Source: the human T2T-CHM13v2.0 reference genome, Homo sapiens. Taken from it: DNA of 64,000 nt. Under the pieces are notes generated by a model. That model saw only the letters and a program-made list of their open reading frames with translations. It did no database searches and was not told where the DNA came from. Position numbers and translations under genes: made by a program. Below, piece after piece: positions 28,461 to 45,152 of the stretch. The number at the start of each line of letters is the position of its first letter. Position 1 is the first letter of the stretch. The DNA lies in NCBI RefSeq assembly GCF_009914755.1, contig NC_060925.1. One strand, 5' to 3'.

Positions 28461-29562
28461 ACCAGGCCCTCTCTTTCCCTGGACTTGGCAGCCCTAAACA
28501 CTGCCCTCTCTCAGGGCTTAGGACACGTGAGGGTCATCTGTTTCCTTTAGAAACGCCTGCAGGGCACAGCAGCCAGCACGGGGCGGGTGGAGTTAGCTAG
28601 CACTGACTGAGCATGGAGCAGAAGAAAGGATCCGGAGTTTCCTCTCCTTACTGGAAGGACTAAGGCCTGTGGGAGCCTTTTCCCTGCCACAGAGTGAGTC
28701 ACCTGCCTTACACTGAAAGAAACACAACTTTATTATTTAATTTGCTCATTCACCAAATGTTCCCTGAAAGCTTCCCTACCCCAAAGCTTGTGCCGATGCC
28801 TGTGGTTCAGAGCATTCCAGGCCCTGCTCAGAGTCTAGGGACATGCCTGAAACCTACGACACACTCAGTGTACCTTACTTGAATCCTATTTTTCCAAGTG
28901 GCCAACCAGGCCTGTAGATGAGAGTCTATCCCATAGGCATTCCTGCTTCAAGGAGTTCTAGGCTGCAGAGACTGTCTTAAGTCCAGCGGGGTCGGTGGGG
29001 CTGGAAGACTAAAGCTCCCAGCAGGTGCAGCCATGCCCTGGCTGCCTTTGCAGATGTCACCAGGCCTGCAGACAGTGGGGTAGTAGGTGGCCTGAGAGGC
29101 TGTTGAATAGAACGATGTGTCATCTGTGCTGGGGCGGCCATGCCCACTTGCTTTCTTAGACACACATCCTTGTCACCACAGCACTGTGTGGGTTTGAAAA
29201 GCTACTTGATGTTTCCTGTGTCCCTTCCCACATCCGCACTCCATTCTTAGTCTCATTCCCTCCATCAAAGACGTGTTCATCTTCTATGCAGTTCATCACC
29301 TGGGGTTGAATGTGTATGTTCCTCTTTAGTAAATTCATACGCTTGAAGCTACTGCTGTTTCTTTAGCCTGGTGGCTCTCGGGGCTGCTGCAGGGGGCCCA
29401 CCCTGAGCCAGCCCCTCGGTCCCACAGCCCTGACGTAGAAGACTCTTTGCTGGTAAATCTCGGAACTCACTGGAAGCTTCCACAAAGTTTAACTCTACAG
29501 ACAGAATGTCTTCCTTACATACTACCGGCTGCTTTTAAATATTGTTAACAGATCCCCCTTAA

Positions 29563-30060
<498 letters not shown>

Positions 30061-31062
30061 CACAAGCACTTTTTAAAAATAATTAATAATCATCATCATT
30101 TAATTTGAGAGTAGTTTGAGGTTTACAGAAAAGTTTCTAAGATAGTACGGAGCGTTGCTGTATACCCAGTTTCCCCGTTAAGATCCTTCAATTACCTTGC
30201 ACAAGAGCCTTAAAACCATCTCTTGTGTCGTGCTTGCTGATATCTCATTGGCCAAAGCAAGTCACCTGACCAAGCCCTGTATCACGTGGGCGGGGCTCTG
30301 CAAGGCCAGGCTCCTTGGCAACCCCGTGACTCACAGTCCAACACAGAGATCCTTTTAAATAGAATTGTTTCCAGAACCTGCCCTGAAGTCTGGGGTTCTG
30401 GTGACTGACAGTCTACACATTTGCAACAAACTTTGTCCCCTTTGCTTTTTATGCAGTAATTTTTTTTGCACCCGAGGAACTGATGTTCTCGTCCTCATCT
30501 GGGGTTTTTAGCACTGAGTCCTTGACCCTCTGTGAGTTGCACAGGCAGCCAGGACGGCGCCTTCCCCCAGGCGTCCCTGTCCCCCACACAGCCTCCCTAA
30601 CATGTGCCCTTTCCGGCGTCTGCTTCAACACTTGGATCAGCTTCTTAGTAGATTCCGTGATGTCTTAAGGTTCTAATTATGGAAGTCTTCCATTTATCCT
30701 GAGAACAACGGAAAGGCTGGTCTGTTTGCAAATGCACAGACACCCTCTAGCACTCACCCACGCCCATCTGATACTTGTTTTGGAAACATTTACCAGAGCT
30801 CAACTCTTCTGTGTTCTGGGGAGGGGAGATTAAGCCCATTTTGTAGTTGGGAAGACTGAGGTGTGAACACACACTGCATCACTTTGGAGTGATAATCATT
30901 TCGGCTAGCATGTATTTAGCACTTGGAATTTGCCAGGCACTCTCTTCATTCCTTTGCCTGCGTGAGTCATCAGTCCTCCCAACAACCCATGTTCGATGGG
31001 TAGTGTTAGCCTCAGTTTCCCCATCTATAAAATGGGGATGAGAGAGGTTAAGAAATTCTTCT

Positions 31063-31365
31063 GGCCGGATGCAATGGCTCATGCTTTTGTAATACCATCA
31101 CTTTGAGAGGCCAAGGCGGGCGAATCATGAGGTCAGGAGTTTGAGACCAGCCTGACCAACATGGTGAAACACTGTCCTTACTAAAAATACGAAAATTAGC
31201 CAGGCATGGTGGCGCGTGCCTGTAATCCCAGCTACTCAGGAGGCTGAGGCAGGAGAATTGCTTGAATCCGGGAGGCAGAGGTTGCGGTGGGCTGAGATTG
31301 CGCCGCGGCACGCCAGCCTGGGCGACAGAGCGAGACTGTCTCAAACAAAAAAAGAAAAGAAAAAG
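31063..31365 (+). mobile_element. AluS
   Basis: TSD aagaaa(t/a)tcttct. Confidence 0.95.
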
Positions 31366-31607
31366 AAAATCTTCTACGGCCTTCTAGCTAGTAGGTTTTG
31401 GAGCCAAAGCTTGATCCCTAATGAGTCTGTTTTCCAAACTGATTTTCTTCATAGATATTTGGCAGGTACTTCTTTGATTCTGAGGTTCTCAGGGGTGATC
31501 ACAGCAGAAAAGAGGAAAAGAGTGAAATAGGGAAGAGAGGAGAAAGAGGAGAGGATCTGGAAGTGGGTGTCTTTCAGAGGCCCCCTTCCCTGGAGGCACC
31601 AGGAGTT

Positions 31608-31736
31608 GTTTTTTTTTTTTTCTTTTTCTTTTTTTTTTTTTTTTTTGAGACGGACTCTCGCTCTGTTGCCCAGGCTGGAATGCAGTGGCGCGATCTCTGC
31701 TCACTGCAAGCTCCGCCTCCCGGGTTCACACCATTC
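31608..31736 (-). mobile_element. Severely 5'-truncated AluY (about 90 bp plus tail)
   Basis: caagctccgcc diagnostic; TSD ggcaccaggagtt at 31595 and 31737. Confidence 0.92.
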
Positions 31737-32463
31737 GGCACCAGGAGTTTTAATGCATTCTCCGTCTTCGCTCTGAAAATGGTCCCCGGGAAGAAAGGCT
31801 GCAAGGTTGCTCTCTTGGCCACACCAGACAGAAGTTTTTCTTCCCACCTCCTCCCAGTCTCGTCCTCCTTCCCCTGCAGGGCATTGAGCATGCTCCAGCC
31901 CCCGGAAATGCCAGTGGTCTCGGCTGCAGCAGAGGCTGTCTTTACGGTAGGGGCAGAGGCTGCACACGCTGATCCTCAGCTTTTAATTAATCCACCCCTC
32001 CCTGGCCCCTTCCCAGGAAAGGTCAGAGATGGATTCTGCAGAATGAGGACAGGACTCGGTGTGCGTCAAGCCAGGCTCTCCAAATGCCTTTCAGAAGACC
32101 TTGCCCAAGACCCCATTAAATTTTGCTTGGAGCATGGCCTCCATCACTGTGCAGGTCTTCATGCCTACCTGGCCATGACAGGGTCAGGACATGACCTTGA
32201 AAGTGTGGCAAGAAAACGAAAGCCACGCTGGCCTCCATCCCAGGAGAAGACCTTTGGTGTGAGCAGGGGAGGGTCATCTTCAGAGTTGGCCTCAGAGGCA
32301 GTGCAGGGCACTCTTGCTCTGCGGTGCCTGAGCTTGGCTCAGTTGAGCACAGGTCCAAGGCGGCTGTGGACACAGGATCAAGTCTGACACAGGCCTTGAC
32401 CCTGATTCACCTCACCCCTGCTTGGCTCCCAGGGGAATGCGCTGCTGACCTCAGACTGGGAAC

Positions 32464-32761
32464 TTTTTTTTTTTTTTTTGAGTTGGAGTCTCACTCTTGT
32501 CGCCTAGGCTAGAGTGCAATGGCACAATCTCAGCTCACTGCAACCCTGCCTCCCGAGTTCCGGCGATTCTCCTACCTCAGCCTCCTGAGTAGCTGGGATT
32601 ACAGGCACCTGCCACCACGCCCGGCTAATTTTTGTATTTTTAGTAGAGACGGGGTTTCACCATGTTGGCCAGGCTGGTCTCGAACTCCTGACCTCAAGTG
32701 ATTCGCCCACTGTGGCCTCCCAAAGTGCTGGGATTACAGGCGGGAGCCGCTGTGCCTGGCC
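32464..32761 (-). mobile_element. AluS
   Basis: Alu dimer. Confidence 0.95.
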
Positions 32762-33246
32762 GTGAGCTCTTTTTGTAGAGTAGCCCCTGCTCGTGGTCAG
32801 TCAGCAAAGGAGGTAGCAGGGCTTTGGGGTATTGAATGCAACACAGGAGAGGGGGTGTGGGGAACAGGGACTGCAGTTTCACTCAGATTTAGCAAAACGT
32901 ATCGAGCACCTCCGAGAGCCGGCCCTATCCTGAGCATGCCATATGCCTTCTCTTCACATTATCCCCAGAACAACCCCATGACATAGATGGGGTCACCCTG
33001 CCTTTACAGTTGGGGAAACTGAGGCTCCAAGATCGTACAGCATGCGAGTCTCAGCATTTGGATTTGAAGCTCTGTGTCTGACACAGATCCATCAATGCTG
33101 CACCGGTGCTAGTTTTCCATCAATAGACATCGTTTTAATGTTACTAAAATATTACTAGAATCCCACTCATTCATTCAGCAGATACTTGTTGAAGTCCTAC
33201 TGTTTGCCAGACATTATTCTGGGCACTTGGGGTTTATCTGTGAGCA

Positions 33247-33741
33247 TGTTAGGAATAACGCTCAAAATCCTAAGGAAACTGAACACTCAAACAAAGGATT
33301 CTTAGCAAAGCAATTGTACTTCTGCGCAGAGGGGTACCTCCTTGGCCAGTTGCCATGAGAGCACACCTGAACAAAGGGGCACGAGAGCCTTTATTCCTGA
33401 TGCAAGTCCTGCCCCTGTACCCTTTCCCCACTGGCCGGGGTCATACAATCTAAACTAATCCCAGTTGACTGAACATTTGATTTTTTTTTAGATAGGGTGG
33501 GCATGTAAAAGAAAGTGGAGAGGAAGGGGAAGGGGTGTCTGTAATGAGCTAGAAAGTTAGTCCTCTTTCCAAATAAGGAAAGGAATGTGAGCTGGTACTG
33601 ATAACGCTTGGTACTGTGGCATGCCTGGGCATTTAACAAAGGCAAGGAGGAAAAAAGGAGAAGAAAAGGGGGGTGGTACAATGAATTAAAGAATAAAAGA
33701 TTGATCAGATTATTTGAAGAGAAACCTCATCATATCCCACA
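33247..33741 (-). mobile_element. ERV1-type solo LTR (probably LTR15) inserted in an L2 fragment
   Basis: TG...CA termini; reverse strand starts tgtgggatatgatgaggtttctcttcaaataa; short (a)gca duplication at the ends. Family name is from recall. Confidence 0.72.
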
Positions 33742-33799
33742 GCAGAATTGACAAAGATCCATTTCTTGTGGAGATTACATTCTAGAAGGGTGCACCGGT

Positions 33800-34270
33800 T
33801 ACTACTGCTGTGTAACACACTGCCTGTAAATCTTAGTGGCATAAAGCAACCACCGTTTTTCTTACATCTCATGATCTTGTGAATCAGGGATTTGGCAGGG
33901 CTCAGCTAGGCGATTCTTAGGTTCTCTGTGGTGTCAGTAGGGGTACTTCCATGCTATTCCTCTGGACGACCCAAGATGGCTTCACTCACATATCTGGTGC
34001 CATGGCAGGATGGCTGGGCTAAGCTGGGTCCGGCAACCACATGCCCATTTGCAGCCCCTTCAGCATAGTAGTCAGACTTTGTACATGGATGCTAAGGGCT
34101 CCCACAGAGAGGGCTCCAGGAAACCAAGTGCAAGCTGCCAGGCTTCTTATGACCTAGTCCTAGGAGTCACTTAGCATCACTTCTGCCACATTCTGTTGGT
34201 GACAGGCCAGCCAGACCCCACACTATAAAAGGCATGTGGCATGGGAGATGCATTTGTGTCCAGCTTTGCA
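33800..34270 (-). mobile_element. MaLR LTR (MLT1H-like)
   Basis: gctgtgtaaca...cttagtggcataaagcaac...ccaagatggcttcactcaca...catcacttctgccacattct. Confidence 0.7.
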
Positions 34271-34394
34271 AAAATACCATCTGCCATGGAGGGAAGGGAA
34301 AAGGCAAACAAACAATATAGCAAAAAGTAAATGTATGCTGTTTTAGGGGATTGTAGGTACTATATGGAAATGAAGATTTTAAAGTAGGGTAAGA

Positions 34395-34905
34395 TCAGAC
34401 CCAGCTGCTCCACTCCTGAGTGTTTACTCACCTAGGAAATACACATCCATACAAAGACTTGTACATACGTGGTTTTAGCAGCTTATTTTTAATAGCCAAA
34501 AACTGGAATCGGCCCAAAGGCTCATCAACAGATAAAAAAATAAACAAACTGGTAATATTGTACAATGGAATCCTACTCAGTAATAAAGCAACAAACTGGG
34601 TACATATAACAACATAGAGAGATCTCAATTCTACTGAGTGACAGAGTCCAGGGGAAAAATGTATATAGGATATGATTCCATTTAAGGAGACTAGAAAATG
34701 CATGCTAATCTACAGGGACAGAAAGCTCCTGTAGGAACGTGGGCTTATTGCAGAGGGTAGGCAGAAACTGGGTGATGGGTATTTTCACTGTCTTGATTGT
34801 GGTGATAGTTTTGCAGGTGTGTACATATATCAGAGAATGTCAAATGGCACATGTTAAATATGTACAGTTCATTGTATTTTATTTAAAACCAATAAAGCTG
34901 TTTTT
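34395..34905 (+). mobile_element. Old L1M 3' fragment
   Basis: aaagacttgtacata...aatagccaaaaactggaa...tcttgattgtggtgatagtt...aataaagctgttttt. Confidence 0.8.
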
Positions 34906-35696
34906 AGAAGGAAGTAAGGTGGATTTGGAGTCCTGCGGATAGAGCATTGTAGGGCAAGGAGCATTTTAGAACCCTGTAAGTCACATCAGTGGGGTGGCCT
35001 CTGGCTTTGCCTTCTTTCCCTGTGTGCTGGCCTCAGCAGGTCACAGAGGGGACCCGGCCCCAGATGGGCAGAGTCCTCGAAGACAGGCAGACTGTGCCAG
35101 CCAGCTCCTGGGTGAGGGAAAGAGCAGAGAGTCTGCAGAGCTCCAATACCCAGGGCTCCTGGGCTCGCATTCCAGGAACAGGCAGAGACCAGCAAGGTCC
35201 AAAGCTGGATGTGCTGTGGCTTGAGCTCCCGCCCAACTTTTTAAATAGGTCTGACCACCTGGCCCAGCTAGAGGCTGAGACATAAGCTCCTGATAGCCAG
35301 GCAGGCTGGACAGGCCTTCATGCCTGGAGCCTGATGTTGGAGCAGAAGGAGAGGCATTTTTCTTGGCACCCAGCTAAAAATTCAGACCAGCTTAGAGAGG
35401 AACGTTCTAATTTCAGCTTAGGGCCTGGTGCTATGGCTGGGAAAAGACCAAGGTTAAAATTCAATGTCTCCATGAATATAATATTTTTAAAAATAATCTT
35501 TAGATTTAAGGTATATATAATTAATAAAGTTTTTATATATTTATGGAATATTGGTATAGTCCAGGCATGCATGGAATATAAATTCCACAGATTTCCTCCC
35601 AGCAGCCCTGTGAGTTGTTTTTCCCATTTTGCACATGAAAAGATTGAGGCCCAGAGACCTGACCTACTGGGAGGTGGAAATTAAAGCAAAGAAGGT

Positions 35697-36256
<560 letters not shown>

Positions 36257-36718
36257 TCAGAACAGCACGTCATCAGGCCAGGCCTACTGTGGAGGCCAGT
36301 CACTCTTGCCCCGGCCACAAGAAGGACCGCAGGACTTAGGCCTGAGTGCTCACCCGGCAGCACAGACCTTGGCAGCCCCTGAATTCCGGAGGAACTGCTC
36401 ACTCACAGGCCCTGGACCATGACGACCCAGAACATGGTTCAGACTCAGGCCCTTCCGGCAGAGCACATTGCCCGAGGGAAGAAAGTGGTCTTAGCGTGAA
36501 CCCATGGGTTCCAGCAGAAATGCGTGAGCCGGATGAGCCCACGCTGCCCAGCCCCAGAGGAGGCCGGGAGGGGCTTCTTGGTTGGTTTGGCTTCTTGGCT
36601 GACCTGCGACGAGGCCCAACCAGATGGGCATTGGCCGTCCTGGGACATGGACTCTCCCCCTGGGTGCCCAGCACTGGGCTGAAGAACACACGGCAGGGCG
36701 CTCAAAAACTGGGCTCTA

Positions 36719-37030
<312 letters not shown>

Positions 37031-37830
37031 AAAACTGGGCTCTGCTGAAGGCATAGGACTGAAAAGGCCATGGAGTCCTCGGGGCGGTGATTCCCCTGGG
37101 AGGGGCTGTGCTTTCCCCCTTTGGGCTGGAGGCCCTGAGGGTCAGGACCTGACGGTGTCTGTCTCTGTCCTTCAGCCACAGGATTGCTCCTGTCCCCGCA
37201 GCTGGGTGAGTAAGCAAGGCTGGGAAAAGAGGGACGTAGTAGGGACAATTTGCTGGCCAGGACCTCAGGATGGCACTGGGTAGGTGCTCAGGGAGTGGGT
37301 GAGGAGCTGAGGGAGCACTCACACCCTCAGGTATGTACCCATGGTTCCATCCCAGATTCCGGAAGGTCAACGTGCCCCGACCCTGCCTTTCTGGTCGTGT
37401 GGCCTGTCAGCCCTGTCCTGGGCACTGACCTGTGTCTCCCTATTATGTGGCCACCAGATCCACCTGTGGAATGCACCTCTGCAGTGAGTGTCGCGCTCTG
37501 CTGCCTCTGAGTCAGCTGGAGAATTCATGTGCCTGCCGAGGTTGGCAATGGGTGGCATCAGTGGAGAGAGAGGAAAGGCACACTTTTTTCTTCCCTGTAG
37601 TTCGGGTGACTGCAGATTGCGGGAGACTCACTTCCTTCAGGTGCAGAATGGGCTGGGACAGCCCTGGGTGGCGCCCAGGAGAGAGGTCCACCAGGTGGCT
37701 CTGGCCAGGTCTGCCCACGAAGCCAAGCAGTTTTCTGGTGGGAGCTCCCAGCCTCTCACTCGCTTGCCTGGGCAGGGCTGACTGTTGGCCGTTGTCTCTT
37801 AAGCCTTGCACCTGCTGTGGGGTGCACGTC

Positions 37831-38003
37831 TTTTTTTTTTTTTTTTTTTTTTTTTTTGAGGTGGAGTTTCGCTCTTGTTGCCCAGGCTGGAGTGCAATGG
37901 CACGATCTCGGCTCACTGCACCTCCATCTCCCTGGTTCAAGCGATTCTCCTGCCTCCGCCTCCCGAGTAGCTGGGATTACAGGCATGTGCCACCAAGCCC
38001 TGC
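37831..38003 (-). mobile_element. AluS right arm only (5'-truncated)
   Basis: Poly-T plus right monomer; decayed TSD tggggtgcacgt/tggggtccatat. Confidence 0.9.
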
Positions 38004-38791
38004 TATGGGGTCCATATATTGAGGGCAGAGTTTCTGGTCCAGGCGAACGCTCCCTCCCCGTGGCCTTCCTCACGTCCTCCCATTCCCAGCTGGGGCTGGT
38101 TCTTGCTAAAGACCTCTTTCTTTCCTTGGGCACATGCTTGCTGGCAGGGCCTGAATCAGAGCTTTTCTTCAAGATCTTCATGGCTCAGATGGGTGAGCAA
38201 CTTCAGCCCAGCCTTTTCGAGCTGCCAAAGACAGTGGATGTGGTTTGGGAGCAACACTCTTAAGCCACTGGGACCAGATGAAGAGCAGAGTCTGGCTGGC
38301 TGTGTTCTACGGAGCATCTGGATTGTCAAAAGCATCCGGCAGCTTGAGGGATGTGATGGTGGGGAGGAGGGTCGACATGTGGTCTTGTTGATGGGACTGT
38401 TGTGTCCTTCTTCAGAGGAGAAGGTGGTCAACAGTAGGCCCCACATTTTACCTTTTTGGGGATCTTGCAGACCGACCTGGGAAGCCCCTGAGGCAGTCTT
38501 CTTCTTTGTTCGTTTCTCTTAATCTGATAGAGGTTCTTCTTCCCACTCTTCTGGAAATTCAGGTCCCCACCCCTGGGCTGCAGAGGGCAGTTTCGTGTTG
38601 GTCACTACTGGCCACCGAGCGCATCTCAGCCTCTGTGTGCTATGGGGGCTGAGTGTGTGGGTGTGGTCTTGCTCTCCTGGAAGATGGGGGGCTTTGCCAG
38701 GCAGAGGCAGTCTTTCTGAGCTGCTCCTAGAAGGGGGTCTGACGCCCAGACATAGCCGCCTCTGCTGCTATTCAGAGTCTGTTAGGAGTAA

Positions 38792-39505
<714 letters not shown>

Positions 39506-39819
39506 TCAAGCAGGTGGCTCAGAGACCACCACATGCAAAGCCCATCCTTGGGGGCAAAGGCTTCCAAGGATGGGGAGGCCTCCATGGGCTTGGGTGGGTA
39601 AGCTCAGGGGAAGGGGCCCTGAGGACTTGTGGGGAGGCAGTAATGATGTGATAGACATTGGAATTGATGTTCCTGAGTTCAAATCCTGCCTCCTCTTGAA
39701 CTTGGGCAAGTTGCTGAACTTGTGTGTCCCCACTGGTATTACGGGATTATAATAGTACCTACCCCTTGGTTGTGAAGATTAAATGAGCTGATTCATAGAG
39801 TTTAGAACGGTAAGTACCT

Positions 39820-40135
39820 ATTTATTTTTTATTTTTTAAATTTATTTACTTTTGAGACAGAGTCTCGCTCTGTTGCCCAGGCTGGAGTATAGTGGCGCAG
39901 TCTCGGCGCACTGCAACCTCCACCTCCTGGATTCAAGCAATTCTCCTGTCTCAGCCTCCTGAGTAGCTAGGACTACAGTTGCAAGCCACCACACCTGGCT
40001 AATTTTTGTATTTTTAGTAGAGATGGGGTTTCACCATATTGGTCTGGCTGGTCTCAAACTCCTGACCTCAGGTGATCTGCCCACCTCCACCTCCCAAAGT
40101 GCTGGGATTACAGGCATGAGCCACTGTGCCTGGCC
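39820..40135 (-). mobile_element. AluS
   Basis: TSD taagtacctatttatt. Confidence 0.95.
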
Positions 40136-40189
40136 ATAAGTACCTATTTATTAAAGACCAGCTGTTTACTGTAAATATTTTACTAAGCT

Positions 40190-40322
40190 TAGAGTGGCCG
40201 TATCATTTGTTGTTTAAACTGGGAGAGTTTTGCAAGAGAAGAGGGCTCTATTAAAAGTTGTGTTGGGAGAGTGGGAGTCAACAGGGATTTCCCGAGACAG
40301 ACAGGATCTGTAGCCTTGCCCA
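40190..40322. mobile_element. MER81-like hAT-Blackjack element
   Basis: agagtggccgtatcatttgttgtttaaactgggagagttttg...gggctctatta resembles MER81. Confidence 0.6.
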
Positions 40323-42246
40323 GTGCTCAGGATCTGAGTAGGCAGGCAGGTGTGTCAGGCAGGCATCCCAGGTCAGGGGATGGCATAGGCAAAAGTGTGC
40401 AGGCTGGACGTTCGTGCTACGCGCAGGTGACCATGAGGCAGCCTTGGGGCCCACCTGCCCCCCTGGACAGGAATAGGAACATCTGTCCATCTGCACCCCG
40501 ACTCCTTGACCCAGAAACACATCCTCGACTCTGCTCCAGGCTCATCTGCATAGTCCAAGACCGTCTGCCTGTTCAGCATCGTGATTTGCGAGGACACAAC
40601 AGGCCCCATTCTGTTTTTTATGGACCTGAAAAAGACATGATCTTTACCATGACAGAGAGGCAGGGGGTGTCTCGGAAACCATTCCGATGCCATGATAGAC
40701 GGCAGGAAGCCGAGGCAGAGAAGGAAGTGGTTAAATCGTGGAGCACATCCTCAGTTGACACCAAAGGAACAATGCTTTCAGATCGAGGCCTCAGGAGGAA
40801 AAATGAGGGAGGCAGGAGGGGGAGGTGGGGTGGCTGGAGGAGGCTGGTGGCTCCTAGACTGCGTGTCTTCAGTGTGAGCCCCTGCAAGAGCATGTGACGC
40901 CCTGACAAGGCGGCGTAACCAGGCAACCGTCATTACTCATCCCCATGGCCACTGGGTCTTCCAGTGGAGCACCGTGCTCCTGGGGGTCAGGGCTCCCCAG
41001 AGGGACAGGGCAGCCTCCTCTGCAGAACAGCGGGGCCTGAGAGATGCCAGGAAAACGTGCTTGCTCCAAGAAGGGAGGGGAGAGTAGTTAGGAGCTGGAG
41101 GCCCAGCCTTGCCGGGAAAGTGGTGTGCCACAGCATAGCTGGGAGCTGGGGCCTAGCTCCCAACCCTGAATGCTTAGTGGGGTTTCTCGCTTTTTGCTGT
41201 CTCTGTTCCTAAAACGGATTTTTAAATTTCAAGTGCGTGCTTGACCCAGTAGCACAGTTCTGTGCATTAAAGACCTTAGCCCATGAAGCATAGACCAGTC
41301 TTGTGTGTTTTGTAAATCCATGTTTTTTAGGTATTAACAGAACTCCCACTAGCTTATATGGAGTTTTTATGCAAATTGGAAAAAGGTACCCACTCTGTGT
41401 AGACAGATAAGGAAAAGGTGCTCTTCTATCATTGAACACAGTCCTATGCAACCCCATAGCCTGGTGATCAGGCAGTGGTATCTGCATGCAACCCCATCTC
41501 TGGGGGGTTATAGCCCTGTGGCAGGTTTGCTGCGGAAGCAGAGAGATGCCTCCTCCTCCAGGTTGCCGGAGCCCTGCGCTAAGCTGCACAATATGACAAA
41601 CACAATACTGGCTGCATTTCAGCTTCCACCTAACTCACCTATCAGGCACTTTTGGGCAGTACACAAGCTGTGCGACTGTCCATGGCAGCCCTGGGTATAA
41701 GTCACGGCCATCCTTGCTGGTTGTGGTTGGCATAAGGAGCAATACCCTCTGGATTTCATCTTAAAAGAATTTAAGGAAGAGAAAGGGGATGCAGTGCCTT
41801 TTCAACATACCCTGAGTTTGTTCAAACTAAAGACATGACCATGCCCCAGGTATAGCGTGCCATCCAGGGCACCTTTCTCACTTGGAGAAAGTGAGAGGTG
41901 AAGCACCTGTTAGGAGGGACTTACCCTGGCCTGTCAGCTGTGATCTAAATGAGGCTGTCCCCTGCATGGAGTTAACGTTTGCCTGGAGAGCCTGTGTGCC
42001 AGGCTGTCTGCATACGTGGTCCCATTTGATCCTCACAGCAGACCGGTGAGATGGGTCCTGTTATCATGCCGACTTTACAGTTGAGGTCACTGAGGCTCAG
42101 GGCTGGAAGGAACTTGCAGCAGACACACGGCTGGCAAGTGGAGGAGCCGGGTCAGCACTCCGGCCGTTCCAGCCCGCGATCCACACGCCTGACCACTGTA
42201 CCTTAAAGACCAAACCCCTGTCTGTTGACACCTGAAGTTTCTCTGA

Positions 42247-42672
<426 letters not shown>

Positions 42673-43607
42673 AGCACCTGAGATCTTGAAAGGGATCCAG
42701 GCCCCTGTGTCAGCCAGGAGCCGGTGACCGGTGTTGTCAGGGAAGACCAGAGGCCTAGTGCTGGATCTTCCCACTGCCTGAATTTCCAGATATCTTCCTG
42801 TGGCCCGAGAGCCTGCCATGCGAAGCGCAGGTGCTGACCAAGGAGACAGAGGTCCCCATTAGTAAAGGTAGCCCGCACAGGCATCCTCTGGCTGGAACCT
42901 CTCCACCTCCTCCTTGGAGCAATGTTGAGGGTTGAGGGAGCTGCCGGCCCCGCAGCAGACGCCCTGCAGCTTGTCCTTGATCATGACAGCAAAAGGCTAA
43001 CAAATCGCTTTTGCCTGCTGAAGGCAGCAGGGGGGCTTTTTATTCCAGAAATGAGAAGGGCATGCCTCTGAGGTTTCTCCAGAGACCCAAAGCACCCTTT
43101 CACCCATCCGCAGTGCCAGAATTTCATCTGAGTATTGTCTGCCTGCATTGTTCACACCAAGGTTCATGGGCGGGGTAAGGCTGTACACCCCCTACCTCCA
43201 CCCCGGCAGGGATACTCAGCTTAGCACCTTCAGGATGGGCCCCGGACTTGACGCTAGAGCCGGAGCCTTGGTCCTAGGATTGGAAGTGGGCGCAGTAGAT
43301 TCAGGCAGTCATCGAAAACGCAAATTAAAACAACCCTGAGATATCGTTGCTCGCCTATCAGGTTGGCAAAACCCCTAAAGTACACCAGCTGGCTCAGCTG
43401 GCAAGCCTGCAGGAAAATAGCGCCCTCACCTGTGGTCGGTGGAAATGCAAAGTGACGTGACCCCTGTGGGGGGAGCAAAATCACATATGCATTTACCCTT
43501 TGACTCATCACTGCTACTTCTAGGGATGTACCTTGAGGATAAAACTGCACAAATATGAAACAAGTCACTGCACAGTCTTTGTAGGATACATTCTAAAGCC
43601 TAAGAGA

Positions 43608-43925
<318 letters not shown>

Positions 43926-44032
43926 AGCCTAAAAGAATGGGAAGCAAATTTTGAAGTTTATATAGATTTGTAGGCAGTGCTTTGGAGTAGTAATTCTGAA
44001 ATTATTTTGTGATTACAGAGTAGAGCAAATGT

Positions 44033-44344
44033 GGCTGGGCATAGTGACTCACACCTGTAATCCAAGCACTTTGGGAGGCCGAGGCAGGCAGATCACTTGA
44101 AGTCAGGAGTTTGAGACCAGCTTGGCAAAACTCCATCTCTACTAAAAATACAAAATGAGCCAGGCATGGTGGTGTGCACCTGTAGTCCCAGCTAGTCGGG
44201 AGGCTGAGCATCTACATGGGAGGCTGAGGAATGAGAATCACTTGAACCCAGGAGGCAGAGGTTGCAGTGAGCTGAGATCATGCCACTCCACTCCAGCCTG
44301 GGAAACAGGCAAGACTCTGTCTCAAAAAAAAGAAAAAAGAAAAA
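44033..44344 (+). mobile_element. AluS with a small internal deletion and duplication
   Basis: TSD acagagtagagcaaatg; gggaggctgag repeated around catctacat. Confidence 0.92.
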
Positions 44345-44824
44345 CAGAGTAGAGCAAATGAGTAAATATATACTGTTAGGTACCAGGGTTCTCTCTGTGG
44401 GAAAAGGGCCTTCTCATATGGAATGGGGGAAGGCGGTGGATTGGAGTTGGGGCCATCATTATGCTCTTTTGATGGTATAAATATGCAATTGACAAGTCAT
44501 AACCATAGAAAGAAGAGCAAGAAGCCATGTCCCCCTGTAGCAATGCATGTATCTAGTGCCCACATCTCTCTATTTCTTGATGCCAGTCTCCATCAGAAGG
44601 AGCCAGGTCTCCTTGGACAAGTGGAGGATGCCAGGCATGAGGCAGTGGAAAGTAAAATGCAACTAGAGCCCTTTGTCCTTCCAGAAAGCAAGAATGCATT
44701 CAAAGACAGATGGGTCCAAAAGACCCAGGCACTGGCTGAAAGGGACTCCTGCTGGCAAAGATGGGACAATTGAACATCCAATAAAATAATAAAAGAAATG
44801 GGTGATTCAAGGGGGAAAGGAGGG

Positions 44825-45137
<313 letters not shown>

Positions 45138-45152
45138 TTAATAAACATAGAG

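Noticed and set aside
31563-32387. 274-aa ORF
   Set aside because: Begins in poly-T and antisense Alu sequence; the remainder has no protein-like features.
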